A stretch of 64,000 bases of DNA from Geobacteraceae bacterium (GCA_040773465.1 JAXGWF010000013.1:11408-75407), one strand, 5' to 3'; shown: positions 43,589-54,311, counted from the first letter of the stretch. Numbers and translations: made by a program. The notes: generated by a model not told the origin, from the letters alone.

Positions 43589-43617
43589 ACTATACTAAGC
43601 GTCCCGGGTGTTGTCAA
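43589..43617 (-). promoter_or_regulatory. Sigma-70-type promoter of the dcw cluster (Pmra)
   Basis: The minus strand reads TTGACA-N17-TATAGT (-35 at 43612-43617, -10 at 43589-43594). Confidence 0.55.
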
Positions 43618-43865
43618 GGCAAAAGTACTGCAAAAAATGAGAAATTTTCCGCGATTTTCCAAGGGGTTAAGAGTTCTGCGGGAAAAGGAAGGAAAATAAC
43701 TTTTCAGGCGGACGAAGCACGTGGATTTCACTGGGAAAAACAACAAAAACCCTCTCAATTTCAGTCTGTTCCGCCCAGGAAGGGAACAAGGGACACGAAG
43801 GGTGGGAAGTGTCGGGCGGAATACGGAAAAGTGGTCAGCAACAACGGGGAACATGCCCCGCATTC

Positions 43866-44213
43866 TTACTGCTCTTTCTTGTGGTCGAACAACGGGACAA
43901 CCTTTGCCGGCTCCTTTCTCTCCGCCGAGGGAGCATTCTCCTCCTTGTCGGCATCAGGGCGCAACTCGTCCGGCCGCAGGGGAGAAACCACCTTCTCCAG
44001 GTAAACCGGGGTGCCTCCCATGGTAAAAGGAGTACCGTTAATCTGGTTTTCTTCCAGTATCCAGGTAAAAATCTGAAGCGGCGTGGTCAAAATCAGCAGA
44101 CTGACCTTCCACCACCCCGGCTTCACATCGGGAACAATATCCTCGATGCGGGCAAAGAAAGCAGGACTGTTCTCTATATGAACGCACACTAAATCATGAA
44201 TCGTCGTGGCCAT
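43866..44213 (-). CDS. Hypothetical protein
   Basis: ATG 44213 is preceded by GGAGGA. 115 aa with no motif I recognise and a charged, low-complexity tail. Confidence 0.45.
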   Translation of the reverse strand: MATTIHDLVCVHIENSPAFFARIEDIVPDVKPGWWKVSLLILTTPLQIFTWILEENQINGTPFTMGGTPVYLEKVVSPLRPDELRPDADKEENAPSAERKEPAKVVPLFDHKKEQ

Positions 44214-44329
44214 GCATCCTCCATGAAGTCCTGACAGATAAATGATAAACCGCCGCGGACACCAACCCGGCACAGCGCGGAACACGCACCGGACATCCGC
44301 CTCTTTACGGCAACGGCAACTCGCATCGG

Positions 44330-44881
44330 CTAACAGCCGGCATCCGTCGAAATAATTTCGGCGACTTCACCCTGCAGTAAACGCGTATAGCGCAACAAAA
44401 GCCCCTGCATCATGCGTTGACCGAACAATCCGTCCAGTTCCCGGCACGAATCCCGCAACCCGCGTTCAAGCGCGCCGATTCGCTCCAGGTCGGCTGACGA
44501 AAGTTGTGATTCGATACGCTCGCAATGGAAGGTAATGCAGGTAAACGGGCGATAAGCAGGCGCCATGAGACATCCCGCATCACCCAGGTAGGGACAGGGG
44601 GTTTCGCGAAACAACGGCCTGAACAGCTCCATGCCGGTCGAAAGATACATCAGCAGATCAACGACTGAAAAGTGATATTTTCCCGTTTCACAGCAGAGCC
44701 CCCCGCAATCGGCACAGGTCTTGTCGATGACCGATTTGTTCGCAAGGGAGAAGATCTCCCGTTTGACTTGCCGAATCGTCTCGCCAAGCCTCCGAACCCG
44801 GTCTTTCACCGACTCGGAAAGAACCTCGTACTCGGCCATGGCGAGACGGACGGCATCTTCCCACATTTCCTGATCCGTCAA
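44330..44881 (-). CDS. YkgJ/FliB-like cysteine-cluster (CxxCxxCC) protein
   Basis: CADCGGLCC followed by further conserved Cys (CPYL..GC.., CITFHC), fitting the PF03692-type zinc/iron-chelating domain. Confidence 0.5.
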   Translation of the reverse strand: MTDQEMWEDAVRLAMAEYEVLSESVKDRVRRLGETIRQVKREIFSLANKSVIDKTCADCGGLCCETGKYHFSVVDLLMYLSTGMELFRPLFRETPCPYLGDAGCLMAPAYRPFTCITFHCERIESQLSSADLERIGALERGLRDSCRELDGLFGQRMMQGLLLRYTRLLQGEVAEIISTDAGC

Positions 44882-44917
44882 AAAATACCTCGAAAAAATG
44901 TCTCCGGTTATACTTGA

Positions 44918-45320
44918 TAGTGGTCGAAGCAGCCCATAAGCCGGGTTCTGTTCCCACCGCGGGTTACCCCACGATGGGCGGTGACCATTCCTCTAGTGCC
45001 GCCGTTGCCGACGGCATCAAGCAGCCAACCCGGAAGCTCGGACGGGCCGTCCTCTGCGCTTCCCTATTCGGCCTTGCTCCTGGTGGGGTTTACCGAGCAT
45101 CCGGTGTCACCACCGGACCTGGTAAGCTCTTACCTTACCCTTTCACCCTTACCCGCCTACGCTAAAGCTTCGGCGGGCGGTCTTCTCTCTGTGGCACTTT
45201 CCCTGGGGTCACCCCCGCTGGACGTTATCCAGCACCATGCCCCGTGGAGCCCGGACTTTCCTCTCCCCGCCGAAGCCTTGGCGAAGGCGGGCAGCGGTCA
45301 CCTGGACTACTTCGACCAAA
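44918..45320 (-). ncRNA. rnpB: RNase P RNA, bacterial type A
   Basis: The reverse complement contains GAGGAAAGTCCGGGCTCCA and ACAGAACCCGGCTTAT universal motifs. The P1 helix pairs GGTCGAAGTAG at the 5' end with CTGCTTCGACC at the 3' end. Confidence 0.9.
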
Positions 45321-45335
45321 CGTGACGTCTCATGG

Positions 45336-46064
45336 CTACTCCGCAACATCCTCGTCTTTGTCCTGGCGCATGAAAAGCATGCGCTGACAGTGGGGACAGA
45401 TAACGAGATTTTCTTCCTTGAAGAGGCTGTTGAATAGCTGCGGGGGAAGATTCATGTTGCATCCCAGGCATGAGCCGCTTTTTGCTTCGGCAATCGCCAG
45501 CCCCTGGCGACGCTCTCTAAGGGTCTCGTACCGCTTGATCATCGAAGGGGCAACTCCCTTGGCAGCCTCTTCACGTGCCGCGCCGTCACTGGCGATAGTC
45601 TCCGCCAGCTGTTCGATCCGGGCCTTGAACTCGTTCTTGCGAACCGTGGCGTTCGCCTCAAACTCCCGCAATTGACCTTCCTTTTCTTCGATCAGCACCT
45701 TGAGCTCATCACAGCGCGTTATTTTCTGAAGAATCTGCTCTTCGAGATCGGCCTTGACCTTTTTGGCGGCGGCAATTTCCTTGGAAACGGCCTGGTACTC
45801 CTTCTGGGTCTTTATCTCCCGCAAGCGTGCCTCGGAACGGGAAATCGAATCGGACTCCGTGGACAGATTCTCTTCCAGAACCTGCTTCTCCTCATCCAGG
45901 GCAGCCAGTTCGGTTTTCAGCTGGGAAATCTCCAGCTGTTTTTCTTCCGCCTTGGCTTCCAGAGACTGAATTTCGTTCTCCAAGGCAAGCGTTTCATCGC
46001 GCGATGAATCAATTTTCAGGTCAATCTCCTGCAGTTGCGCCAGAATCTTCACATTCTTACCCAA
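45336..46064 (-). CDS. Coiled-coil C4 zinc-ribbon protein (COG1579 family)
   Basis: Long coiled coil followed by CLGCNMNL...CPHCQRML. Usual partner of the Nif3-like gene upstream. Confidence 0.75.
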   Translation of the reverse strand: MGKNVKILAQLQEIDLKIDSSRDETLALENEIQSLEAKAEEKQLEISQLKTELAALDEEKQVLEENLSTESDSISRSEARLREIKTQKEYQAVSKEIAAAKKVKADLEEQILQKITRCDELKVLIEEKEGQLREFEANATVRKNEFKARIEQLAETIASDGAAREEAAKGVAPSMIKRYETLRERRQGLAIAEAKSGSCLGCNMNLPPQLFNSLFKEENLVICPHCQRMLFMRQDKDEDVAE

Positions 46065-46121
46065 AACCTACCTCCTGTTCTGCTTGTTAATTCCCTATCC
46101 CGTTCTCCTTCGATACCCGGC

Positions 46122-47237
46122 TCAGCGGTATCGAAACGGGTCTTTTTCTGCCTTACATGTCAAGATATCCGTAATATATCCCCGTTCTCTCAGCTGGTCT
46201 TCCAGTTGCCGGGCCAGCCCTTCCACCATGGGAATTTCCGAGGCAAAATGGCCAAGATCGACAAGGGCCAGCCCCAATATTCGAGCCTCTTGCGCCTCAT
46301 GATATTTCACATCCCCGGTTACCAGCACATCGGCGCCCCGGGAGTGCGCTTCCCGCAGTAGCGAAGCCCCACTGCCACCACAAAGCGCGACTTTTTTCAG
46401 CGTCCCGTCCCCATCGCCGACGAACCGCAGCCCTTCAACGGAAAACTCTTTTTTGATACGGGACACGAACCGCTCGAGGGAGAGCGGCTCCTTCAGCTCA
46501 CCAATTCTGCCAAGCCCATCCTGCTCGCCTTTGTTCAGCAGCGGGTACAGGTCAATCGCCGGCTCTTCGTAGGGATGCGCGGCCGACAAAGCCGAAAGCG
46601 CCTGCGGCACGTCATCCTCCCTGAGCAACACCTCGATTCTTGTTTCTTCTACGTATTCGCGGCTTCCGACGGAACCGATGAAAGGAGAGGCGCCTTCATG
46701 GGGGGTAAAGGTCCCGGTCCCCTCAATCCGGAAAGAGCATTCACTGTAATTGCCGATAAAGCCGCTGAACCGGAACAGCGCCTGAGACACCCGCTCCTCG
46801 TACCCTTTCGGAACGAAGACGGCGAGCTTGACAAGAGTCCCGGTACGGGTAACGGCCAGCGGCGTTGCGGATACAACGCCGAGCCGCTCGGCAAGCAGAT
46901 CGTTTACGCCACCCATGGCAATATCGTAGTTTGTATGAAGGGAAACTATGCTGAGAGAGTTGCGCAACGCCTTGCCTATGAGAACTCCGGAAGGATCTGC
47001 AAGGTTGACGGTCTGCAGGGGGCGGAAAATAAGCGGATGGTGAGAAAGGAGGAGGTGACATCGTTCGGCGATCGCGGCATCGATTGCCTCGTTGCAGGGA
47101 TCGAGAGAAACCATGATTCTCGAAACCGGCGCTGAGGGGTCTCCCACCTGCAAACCGACATTATCCCATTCCTCAGCCAACGCAAACGGGGCAATACTAT
47201 TAATGATTTCAATAATTTCTGATACTCTGGGGTTCAT
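46122..47237 (-). CDS. Nif3-like dinuclear metal centre protein (YbgI/GTP cyclohydrolase 1 type 2 family) with inserted PII-like domain
   Basis: ..LAEEWDNVGLQVG.., ..LLSHHPLIF.. and a C-terminal ..GDVKYHEAQEA.. pattern. Start at ATG 47237, because the track extension overlaps a terminator hairpin. Confidence 0.85.
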   Translation of the reverse strand: MNPRVSEIIEIINSIAPFALAEEWDNVGLQVGDPSAPVSRIMVSLDPCNEAIDAAIAERCHLLLSHHPLIFRPLQTVNLADPSGVLIGKALRNSLSIVSLHTNYDIAMGGVNDLLAERLGVVSATPLAVTRTGTLVKLAVFVPKGYEERVSQALFRFSGFIGNYSECSFRIEGTGTFTPHEGASPFIGSVGSREYVEETRIEVLLREDDVPQALSALSAAHPYEEPAIDLYPLLNKGEQDGLGRIGELKEPLSLERFVSRIKKEFSVEGLRFVGDGDGTLKKVALCGGSGASLLREAHSRGADVLVTGDVKYHEAQEARILGLALVDLGHFASEIPMVEGLARQLEDQLRERGYITDILTCKAEKDPFRYR

Positions 47238-47252
47238 CTTCCCAGCCAAAAG

Positions 47253-47286
47253 AAAAGAGTGCAATCTCGAAAGATTGCACTCTTTT
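47253..47286. terminator. Perfect hairpin terminator after tRNA-Met (bidirectional architecture)
   Basis: aaaagagtgcaatct cgaa agattgcactctttt: a 15-bp stem with an A-run and a T-run. Confidence 0.6.
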
Positions 47287-47358
47287 CTCCACTCGTGGAT
47301 ATATTTTTTCGGTTACTGAAGCACCGTACAGGCATCCCCAATCATCCCATGGATCAGG

Positions 47359-47435
47359 TGGTGGGCCCACCAGGATTCGAACCTGGGACCTACCGGTTAT
47401 GAGCCGGTAGCTCTAGCCAACTGAGCTATAGGCCC
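47359..47435 (-). tRNA. tRNA with CAT anticodon (elongator Met, or Ile2 if lysidine-modified)
   Basis: The reverse complement is GGGCCTATAGCTCAGTTGGCTAGAGCTACCGGCTCATAACCGGTAGGTCCCAGGTTCGAATCCTGGTGGGCCCACCA. A paired 1:72 argues against an initiator tRNA. Confidence 0.9.
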
Positions 47436-47524
47436 GTAAAGTGAAAGATTATGATATGACAAGCGTAAACGGCTGTCAAGAATTTTAAATTGACAAACGA
47501 CGGCAATTGCTTTCTAGTAAAAAA

Positions 47525-48940
47525 ATGAGCAAGAAAAGAACCGACGACCACCTGAAAAACCAAAAGCGGAAACCGGAAAAAGGCCGCATGCTCGAGCTTG
47601 CCGTCGACACCCTTGATGAGGACGGTTACGGAGTCGCAACCCACGAAGGAATCAGGATTCGCGTAGTGGGGGCACTGCCGGGAGAACAGGTTCGCGCGCG
47701 CGTTACGTTTTCAGGACAGCGCGACATTTTCGCCGAAACGAAAAAAATCCTGCGCCATTCCCCGGAGCGCCTTGCCCAGGTTCTCTGTCCCGAGGCAGAA
47801 TCCTGCAACGGCTGTCCTCTTATCCAGATGAAATATAAGGCCCAGCTGGCCTGGAAGCATAGCCTGGTGGAAAAAGCCGTCAGGCGCTACCCGTCTCTCC
47901 GGAAAACACCGATCCTGCCGGTTGCCGCCTCGAAAAAACCCTTGGCCTACCGCACCACGGCCAAGCTGGTGATTTCCGGCAGATTCGCCGAGCCGAAAAT
48001 CGGCATCTACCAGCGCAACACCCACCAGGTCATCGACATTGGCGACTGCCCTCTCCATCACCCGCTCATCAACAGGATCGTGGCGGCCGCCAGGGAGGGA
48101 ATCAGGAAAGGAAAGGTGCCGGTCTACAGCCCGACCACCCGCAACGGCATTATGCGCTACCTGGTAATCCGCGTCTCCGAGCAGGAAAATCGCGCCATGG
48201 TGGTATTCGTAACCAGCGAGCGGAGCTTCAATGAAATCCATCACCTGGCAAAATATCTGCGGAAAGAGGTCCCGGAAATATCGGTCGTGGCGCAGAACGT
48301 GAACAGCTCGAACGGCAACGTGATCATGGGTGACCGGGAATACTTTGTCACGAGGCAGCAGTCCCTCACCGAAAAAATCGCGAATATCCGCTTCTACATT
48401 TCCCCCCGCTCATTTTTCCAGGTAAACAACGACGGTGCCAGGACCATCTATGAACAGGTACGAGAGTGGGCCTCACTCAGCGGTACGGAACAGGTTGTGG
48501 ACGTTTATTGCGGAGTCGGCGGCATATCTCTTTTTCTCGCCGACAGCGCGCGGGAAGTCCTCGGAATAGAATCGGTGTCCGCGGCCGTTGTTGATGCCGA
48601 AAAGAATGCCCGCCTGAACGGTATAAACAATTGCCGCTTTGAAGCGGGAGACGCGGCGGATCTGCTCGCGGAGATCAGTGAAGAGGACCACGGAGCAGAC
48701 ATCGTCGTTCTTAACCCGCCCCGCAAAGGGTGCGATGAAAAGGTTTTGCACTCCTGCGCGAACCTTGCTCCCGGAAGGATTCTCTATGTTTCCTGTTCCC
48801 CGTCAACCCTCGCCCGCGACCTCGACATCCTCGCCGGCCTTGGGTATCGAACGCTCGAAATACAGCCGGTTGACATGTTTCCCCAGACCCCGCATGTGGA
48901 AAACGTAGCGCTGCTCGCAAAGAAAAAGGGCGCCTCCTGA
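47525..48940 (+). CDS. rlmD: 23S rRNA (uracil-C5)-methyltransferase, RlmD/RumA family
   Basis: TRAM domain, Cys cluster (C..C..C...C), and a SAM-MTase fold (VVDVYCGVGGISL, VVLNPPRKG). Start at ATG 47525. Confidence 0.85.
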   Translation: MSKKRTDDHLKNQKRKPEKGRMLELAVDTLDEDGYGVATHEGIRIRVVGALPGEQVRARVTFSGQRDIFAETKKILRHSPERLAQVLCPEAESCNGCPLIQMKYKAQLAWKHSLVEKAVRRYPSLRKTPILPVAASKKPLAYRTTAKLVISGRFAEPKIGIYQRNTHQVIDIGDCPLHHPLINRIVAAAREGIRKGKVPVYSPTTRNGIMRYLVIRVSEQENRAMVVFVTSERSFNEIHHLAKYLRKEVPEISVVAQNVNSSNGNVIMGDREYFVTRQQSLTEKIANIRFYISPRSFFQVNNDGARTIYEQVREWASLSGTEQVVDVYCGVGGISLFLADSAREVLGIESVSAAVVDAEKNARLNGINNCRFEAGDAADLLAEISEEDHGADIVVLNPPRKGCDEKVLHSCANLAPGRILYVSCSPSTLARDLDILAGLGYRTLEIQPVDMFPQTPHVENVALLAKKKGAS

Positions 48941-49005
48941 ATGATACATTTTCCCCCTTGACGGACAGGCAATATGATGCTACTGTCTAGCAGATTTACC
49001 GACCG

Positions 49006-49718
<713 letters not shown>

Positions 49719-49745
49719 TTTTCATTATTTTCTGGAGGGTCACCC

Positions 49746-50678
49746 ATGGCATTCAAACATAAGGACATCCTGGGACTGCAGGATCTTACGGCGGAAGAGA
49801 TCGAACTGCTCCTCAACACCGCCGACAACATGAAGGAAATCAGCAAGCGGGAGATCAAGAAGGTTCCGACCCTGCGCGGCAAAACGGTGGTGAACCTGTT
49901 CTTCGAACCGTCGACCCGCACCCGCACTTCTTTCGAGACCGCGGCAAAACGACTCTCGGCGGACACCCTCAATATTTCGGCATCCACAAGTGCGGTCCAG
50001 AAAGGGGAAACCCTCTCTGACACGGCTCGAAACATCGAAGCAATGCAGCCGGACATCATCGTCATGCGTCACGCGATCTCCGGGGCTCACCACTACCTGG
50101 CGCAACGCGTTTCCTACTCGGTTATCAACGCGGGCGACGGTGCCCATGAGCATCCTTCACAGGGGCTGCTCGACATGATGACCATGCGCGAAAAACTCGG
50201 CACCCTCAAGGGGATCAAGGTCGCCATCGTCGGCGACATCACGCACAGCAGGGTCGCCCGTTCCAATATTTACGGGCTGACCAAGATGGGCGCGAAGGTA
50301 TTTCTCGCGGGGCCCCCGACTCTCATTCCGCCCGGCGTGGAACGTCTGGGCAATGTCACCGTCTGCGACAAGATGAAGGATGCGGTGGAAGACGCCGATG
50401 TCGTCATGATGCTCCGCATCCAGCTGGAACGGCAAGGCAAGACGCTGCTCCCCACCATGCGCGAATATTCCCGCTACTTCGGGCTTTCCGAAGATCTGGT
50501 AAGAATGGCGAAACCTGATGTCCTGGTCATGCATCCCGGCCCCATGAACCGGGGAGTGGAAATTTCCTCCAACGTGGCCGACGGAAACAAGTCCGTCATT
50601 CTCGAGCAGGTGGAAAACGGCGTGGCGGTCCGCATGTCAATGCTTTACCACGTAAGCGGCGGCGGGCCGACGGAATGA
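49746..50678 (+). CDS. pyrB: Aspartate carbamoyltransferase catalytic subunit
   Basis: [13 protein letters not shown] and HPSQGLLD motifs. Confidence 0.96.
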   Translation: MAFKHKDILGLQDLTAEEIELLLNTADNMKEISKREIKKVPTLRGKTVVNLFFEPSTRTRTSFETAAKRLSADTLNISASTSAVQKGETLSDTARNIEAMQPDIIVMRHAISGAHHYLAQRVSYSVINAGDGAHEHPSQGLLDMMTMREKLGTLKGIKVAIVGDITHSRVARSNIYGLTKMGAKVFLAGPPTLIPPGVERLGNVTVCDKMKDAVEDADVVMMLRIQLERQGKTLLPTMREYSRYFGLSEDLVRMAKPDVLVMHPGPMNRGVEISSNVADGNKSVILEQVENGVAVRMSMLYHVSGGGPTE

Positions 50679-50682
50679 ACCG

Positions 50683-50795
50683 GTTCAAGGTTCAAGGTTC
50701 GAAGTTCAACGTTAGAGGCAAAACCAGAAATTCCGAGCCTTCAGCTTTGATCCTTAAACATTGAACCTTGAACTTTGAACATTGAACCTTGAACT
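50683..50795. repeat. Inverted arrays of tandem 7-bp repeats (GTTCAAG x4 / TTGAACN x5) forming a long imperfect hairpin
   Basis: Left arm 50683-50713 reads GTTCAAG GTTCAAG GTTCGAA GTTCAAC. Right arm 50761-50795 reads TTGAACC TTGAACT TTGAACA TTGAACC TTGAACT. About 47 nt separates the arms. Confidence 0.7.
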
Positions 50796-50815
50796 TCTTT
50801 ACCATGAGGTGCCAA

Positions 50816-52093
50816 ATGGATCTTTTGATAAAAGGCGGCCGCGTCATCGACCCGGCCCAGAAGATTGACGAAAAGCTCGACATCCGGATCGCTGACGGAA
50901 AAATCAAGGAAATCGGCAAGAAGCTCACAGCCGGAAAATCGTGCGAGACCATCGACGCCAAGGGACTCATCGTTGCTCCCGGGCTCATCGACATGCATGT
51001 CCATCTGCGCGACCCGGGCCTTGAGTACAAGGAAGACATCGTAACCGGAACCCGGGCGGCGGCCGCGGGCGGATTCACCTCGGTTGCCTGCATGCCGAAT
51101 ACCAGTCCGGCAAACGACAACAAGGCCGTCACCACCTATATCATCGCCAAGGCAAAGGCCGAAGGGCTGGTAAACGTCTTCCCGGTCGGCACGATTACCC
51201 AGGGCGGCAAGGGCGAGAAACTCGCGGAAATGGGAGACCTGAAAGAAGCCGGATGCGTTGCCGTATCCGATGACGGGCATCCCGTCGCCAACCCCGAACT
51301 CATGCGCCGCGCCCTGGAATATGCCAAAGGCATGGAAATGCCCCTCATTTCCCATTCGGAAGACCTGGAACTCGCCGGAGACGGCCTGATGAACGACGGA
51401 TTTACCGCAACCGAACTGGGACTCAGGGGAATCCCCTGGGTTGCCGAAGACGCGGCGGTCGCACGGGACGTTTTCCTGGCTGAGTTTACCGATTCGCCGA
51501 TTCACATCGCCCATATATCGACCAAAGGCTCGGTCCGGATCATTCGCGACGCCAAGGCACGCGGCGTCAAGGTCACGTGCGAAACGGCACCCCATTACTT
51601 TTCCCTCACCGAAGATGCGGTTCGGGGCTACAATACCAATGCGAAGATGAATCCCCCGCTCAGAACCGCCGACGATGTCGCCGCCATCAAGGCGGGCCTC
51701 GCGGACGGCACCATCGACGCCATCGCCACCGACCATGCCCCGCACCACCTCGATGAAAAAGACGTGGAATATGCCCTGGCTTTAAACGGCATCATCGGTC
51801 TGGAAACGGCGTTGCCCCTTTCACTGGCTCTCGTGAAGGAAAAAACGCTCGACCTGAGCACCCTTGTTGCCAAGTTGTCCCTGAACCCGGCCCGCATTCT
51901 GGGCGTCGATCGGGGAACCCTCGAACCGGGAGCGGTCGCCGATCTCACGATCATCGATCCGGACCAGGAATGGACCGTCGAAGCTGACAAGCTCGCGAGC
52001 AAATCCAAGAATTCGCCCTTCCTCGGTGTCAAGATGAAGGGCCGGGCAGCCTATACCATCGTCAGCGGGAAGATGGTCTACAAGAACGTTTAG
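50816..52093 (+). CDS. pyrC: Dihydroorotase
   Basis: [13 protein letters not shown].. and ..ATDHAPH.. metal-binding motifs. Start at ATG 50816, preceded by GAGGTG. The track start lies inside the heptad repeats. Confidence 0.93.
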   Translation: MDLLIKGGRVIDPAQKIDEKLDIRIADGKIKEIGKKLTAGKSCETIDAKGLIVAPGLIDMHVHLRDPGLEYKEDIVTGTRAAAAGGFTSVACMPNTSPANDNKAVTTYIIAKAKAEGLVNVFPVGTITQGGKGEKLAEMGDLKEAGCVAVSDDGHPVANPELMRRALEYAKGMEMPLISHSEDLELAGDGLMNDGFTATELGLRGIPWVAEDAAVARDVFLAEFTDSPIHIAHISTKGSVRIIRDAKARGVKVTCETAPHYFSLTEDAVRGYNTNAKMNPPLRTADDVAAIKAGLADGTIDAIATDHAPHHLDEKDVEYALALNGIIGLETALPLSLALVKEKTLDLSTLVAKLSLNPARILGVDRGTLEPGAVADLTIIDPDQEWTVEADKLASKSKNSPFLGVKMKGRAAYTIVSGKMVYKNV

Positions 52094-52145
52094 ATCCCAT
52101 GAAAAATTTATTTGAATTAATCGAATTATCAACCAGGAGAATTAC

Positions 52146-53273
52146 ATGAAAGCAGTTCTCGCGCTCGCCGACGGCCGCGTTTTTGAAGGCAAATCATTCG
52201 GAGCCACCGGAGAAGCCACCGGAGAAGTGGTTTTCAACACCGCCATGTCCGGCTACCAGGAAGTACTGACCGACCCGTCCTATAAAGGGCAGATGGTCAC
52301 CATGACCTACCCGCAGATCGGCAATACCGGCGTCAACCCGGAGGATGTGGAAAGCGGCAGGCTCTATCTTTCAGGCTTCATCGTCAAGGAATATCTCGAA
52401 GAATATTCCAACTGGCGGGCGACCATGAGCCTCGGCGCCTACCTGCGGGAAAACGGCGTAGTGGGTATCCAGGGAATCGACACCCGTGCGCTGACCCGCC
52501 ACCTGCGCGACAAGGGAGCCCAAAACGGCATTATCTCCACGATCGACACCGATCACGCCAGCCTCATCAGCAAAGTCCGCGCGGTGCCCAGCATGGCCGG
52601 CCTGGACCTCGCCACCGGGGTAACCTGCGACAAACCCTATCACTGGACCCAGGGACTTTGGGAACTGGGTGCGGGATATGCCGATTTTGCCGGCAAAGAG
52701 CTCCCCCACAAGGTGGTCGCTTATGACTTCGGCATCAAGTTCAATATTCTTCGCTGCCTGGTGTCCGCGGGCTGCGACGTAACGATAGTGCCGGCAACCT
52801 TCCCGGCCGAAGAAGCACTCGCCATGAACCCCGACGGGATTTTCCTCTCCAACGGTCCCGGTGACCCGGAGCCCATGACGGAGGTCATCGCCAACATCAA
52901 GAAGCTGATCGGCAAGATCCCCATCTTCGGCATCTGTCTCGGTCACCAGCTGCTCGGCCTCGCCCTCGGCGGCCGGACCATGAAACTGAAATTCGGCAAT
53001 CACGGCTCCAACCTGCCGGTCATGGATCTGAAGACCCGCACCGTGGAAATTACGGCCCAGAATCACGGTTTTTCCGTAGACATCGCTTCCCTGTCCGGCT
53101 GCTGCGAACTGGCCCATGAGAATCTCAACGACATGACCGTGGAAGGAATGCGCTGTATCCGCCACCCCATCTTCTCGGTGCAACATCACCCCGAAGCCTC
53201 GCCGGGCCCCCATGATTCCCAGTACCTGTTCGGGCGGTTCGTCGAAATGATGGAGAACTGGAAGACAGCGTAG
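52146..53273 (+). CDS. carA: Carbamoyl-phosphate synthase small (glutamine amidotransferase) subunit
   Basis: GICLGHQLL catalytic Cys and [11 protein letters not shown] motifs. Confidence 0.96.
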   Translation: MKAVLALADGRVFEGKSFGATGEATGEVVFNTAMSGYQEVLTDPSYKGQMVTMTYPQIGNTGVNPEDVESGRLYLSGFIVKEYLEEYSNWRATMSLGAYLRENGVVGIQGIDTRALTRHLRDKGAQNGIISTIDTDHASLISKVRAVPSMAGLDLATGVTCDKPYHWTQGLWELGAGYADFAGKELPHKVVAYDFGIKFNILRCLVSAGCDVTIVPATFPAEEALAMNPDGIFLSNGPGDPEPMTEVIANIKKLIGKIPIFGICLGHQLLGLALGGRTMKLKFGNHGSNLPVMDLKTRTVEITAQNHGFSVDIASLSGCCELAHENLNDMTVEGMRCIRHPIFSVQHHPEASPGPHDSQYLFGRFVEMMENWKTA

Positions 53274-53326
53274 GGGCGATCCTCGTGATCGCCCTCCAAT
53301 CAGGCAAACACACGGTTTGCCCCTAC
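53270..53326. repeat. REP-like GTAGGGGC...GCCCCTAC compound hairpin
   Basis: The outer stem gtagggg/cccctac encloses two hairpins (cgatcctcgtgatcg and ggcaaacacacggtttgcc). It overlaps the carA stop codon. Confidence 0.5.
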
Positions 53327-53337
53327 AGCGGACATTA

Positions 53338-54240
53338 ATGAGCTACCTCGATCTTTTTCAATCCGGAGAACTCCGGGAGCGGGTTCGGCAGGCCTATGAC
53401 CGGCTCCGCTCCTGCGACCTGTGCCCCCACGAATGTGGCGTGAACCGCCTGAACGGCGAAACCGGCCTCTGCCGGGCCGGGCTGCAGCCGAAAGTCGCCT
53501 CGGCCACCGTTCACCGCGGGGAAGAACCGCCCATCTCGGGCAGCCGCGGATCAGGAACGATCTTTTTCTCCTGGTGCACGCTGCGCTGCAGGTTCTGTCA
53601 GAACTTCCCCATCAGCCAGATGGGAAACGGCGAAGAAACGACCACCAGCGGCCTGGCGGACAGGATGCTGAAGCTGCAGAAAGTGGGGGTTCACAACATC
53701 AATCTCGTGACCCCGGGACACTATCTGCCGCAGATTCTCGCGGCCCTCTGGCATGCCATCCCCCGGGGGTTCCGCCTGCCGCTGGTCTGGAATTCCGGCG
53801 GCTACGAAAAAGCCGACGTCCTCGCCCTGCTTGACGGGCTCGTGGACATCTACCTGCCGGATATGAAGTACAGCGACGAAGAGCCGGCGGTCCGTTTTTC
53901 CTCCGCACCGGGATACCGGGACACCAATCGCGCGGCAATCCGGGAGATGGCGCGCCAGGTGGGCCAGCTGCAACTGGATGACGAGGGCATTGCCCGCCAG
54001 GGTCTTATCATCCGCCACCTGGTACTGCCGGGCCGGGCCGCGGGTTCGGCCGAAACGCTACGTTGGATCGCCGAGAACGTGGGAACCGAAACCTACCTTG
54101 CCCTCATGAACCAGTTCTTCCCCGCCTTCGAGGCCGGGAATATCGACGGCATCAACCGGAAGATTTCCGACGAAGAATATGCGGAAAGCGTGGCGGCACT
54201 GGAAGCATACGGACTGGAAAACGGCTGGGTCCAGGAATAA
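53338..54240 (+). CDS. Radical SAM protein, PflX-like (COG1313)
   Basis: CTLRCRFCQN (CX3CX2C) and an N-terminal CDLCPHEC..GLCRAG cluster. Start at ATG 53338. Confidence 0.8.
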   Translation: MSYLDLFQSGELRERVRQAYDRLRSCDLCPHECGVNRLNGETGLCRAGLQPKVASATVHRGEEPPISGSRGSGTIFFSWCTLRCRFCQNFPISQMGNGEETTTSGLADRMLKLQKVGVHNINLVTPGHYLPQILAALWHAIPRGFRLPLVWNSGGYEKADVLALLDGLVDIYLPDMKYSDEEPAVRFSSAPGYRDTNRAAIREMARQVGQLQLDDEGIARQGLIIRHLVLPGRAAGSAETLRWIAENVGTETYLALMNQFFPAFEAGNIDGINRKISDEEYAESVAALEAYGLENGWVQE

Positions 54241-54311
54241 AAACAAGCTGACGGGAACCCGGCTTTTCCGGTTTCCCACCGACTTACCGTAGATATACCT
54301 AAGGAGAAACA

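Noticed and set aside
43558-43865. ORFs of about 100 aa on both strands upstream of mraZ.
   Set aside because: They overlap the dcw promoter and operator and the preceding gene's weak terminator. They have no RBS and a composition typical of non-coding DNA.
50683-50795. The heptad repeats as a CRISPR array or a coding repeat.
   Set aside because: The units are 7 bp with no spacers, far too short for CRISPR. The peptides read from them (FKVQ.., LNLEP..) lack starts and sit between two well-defined genes.
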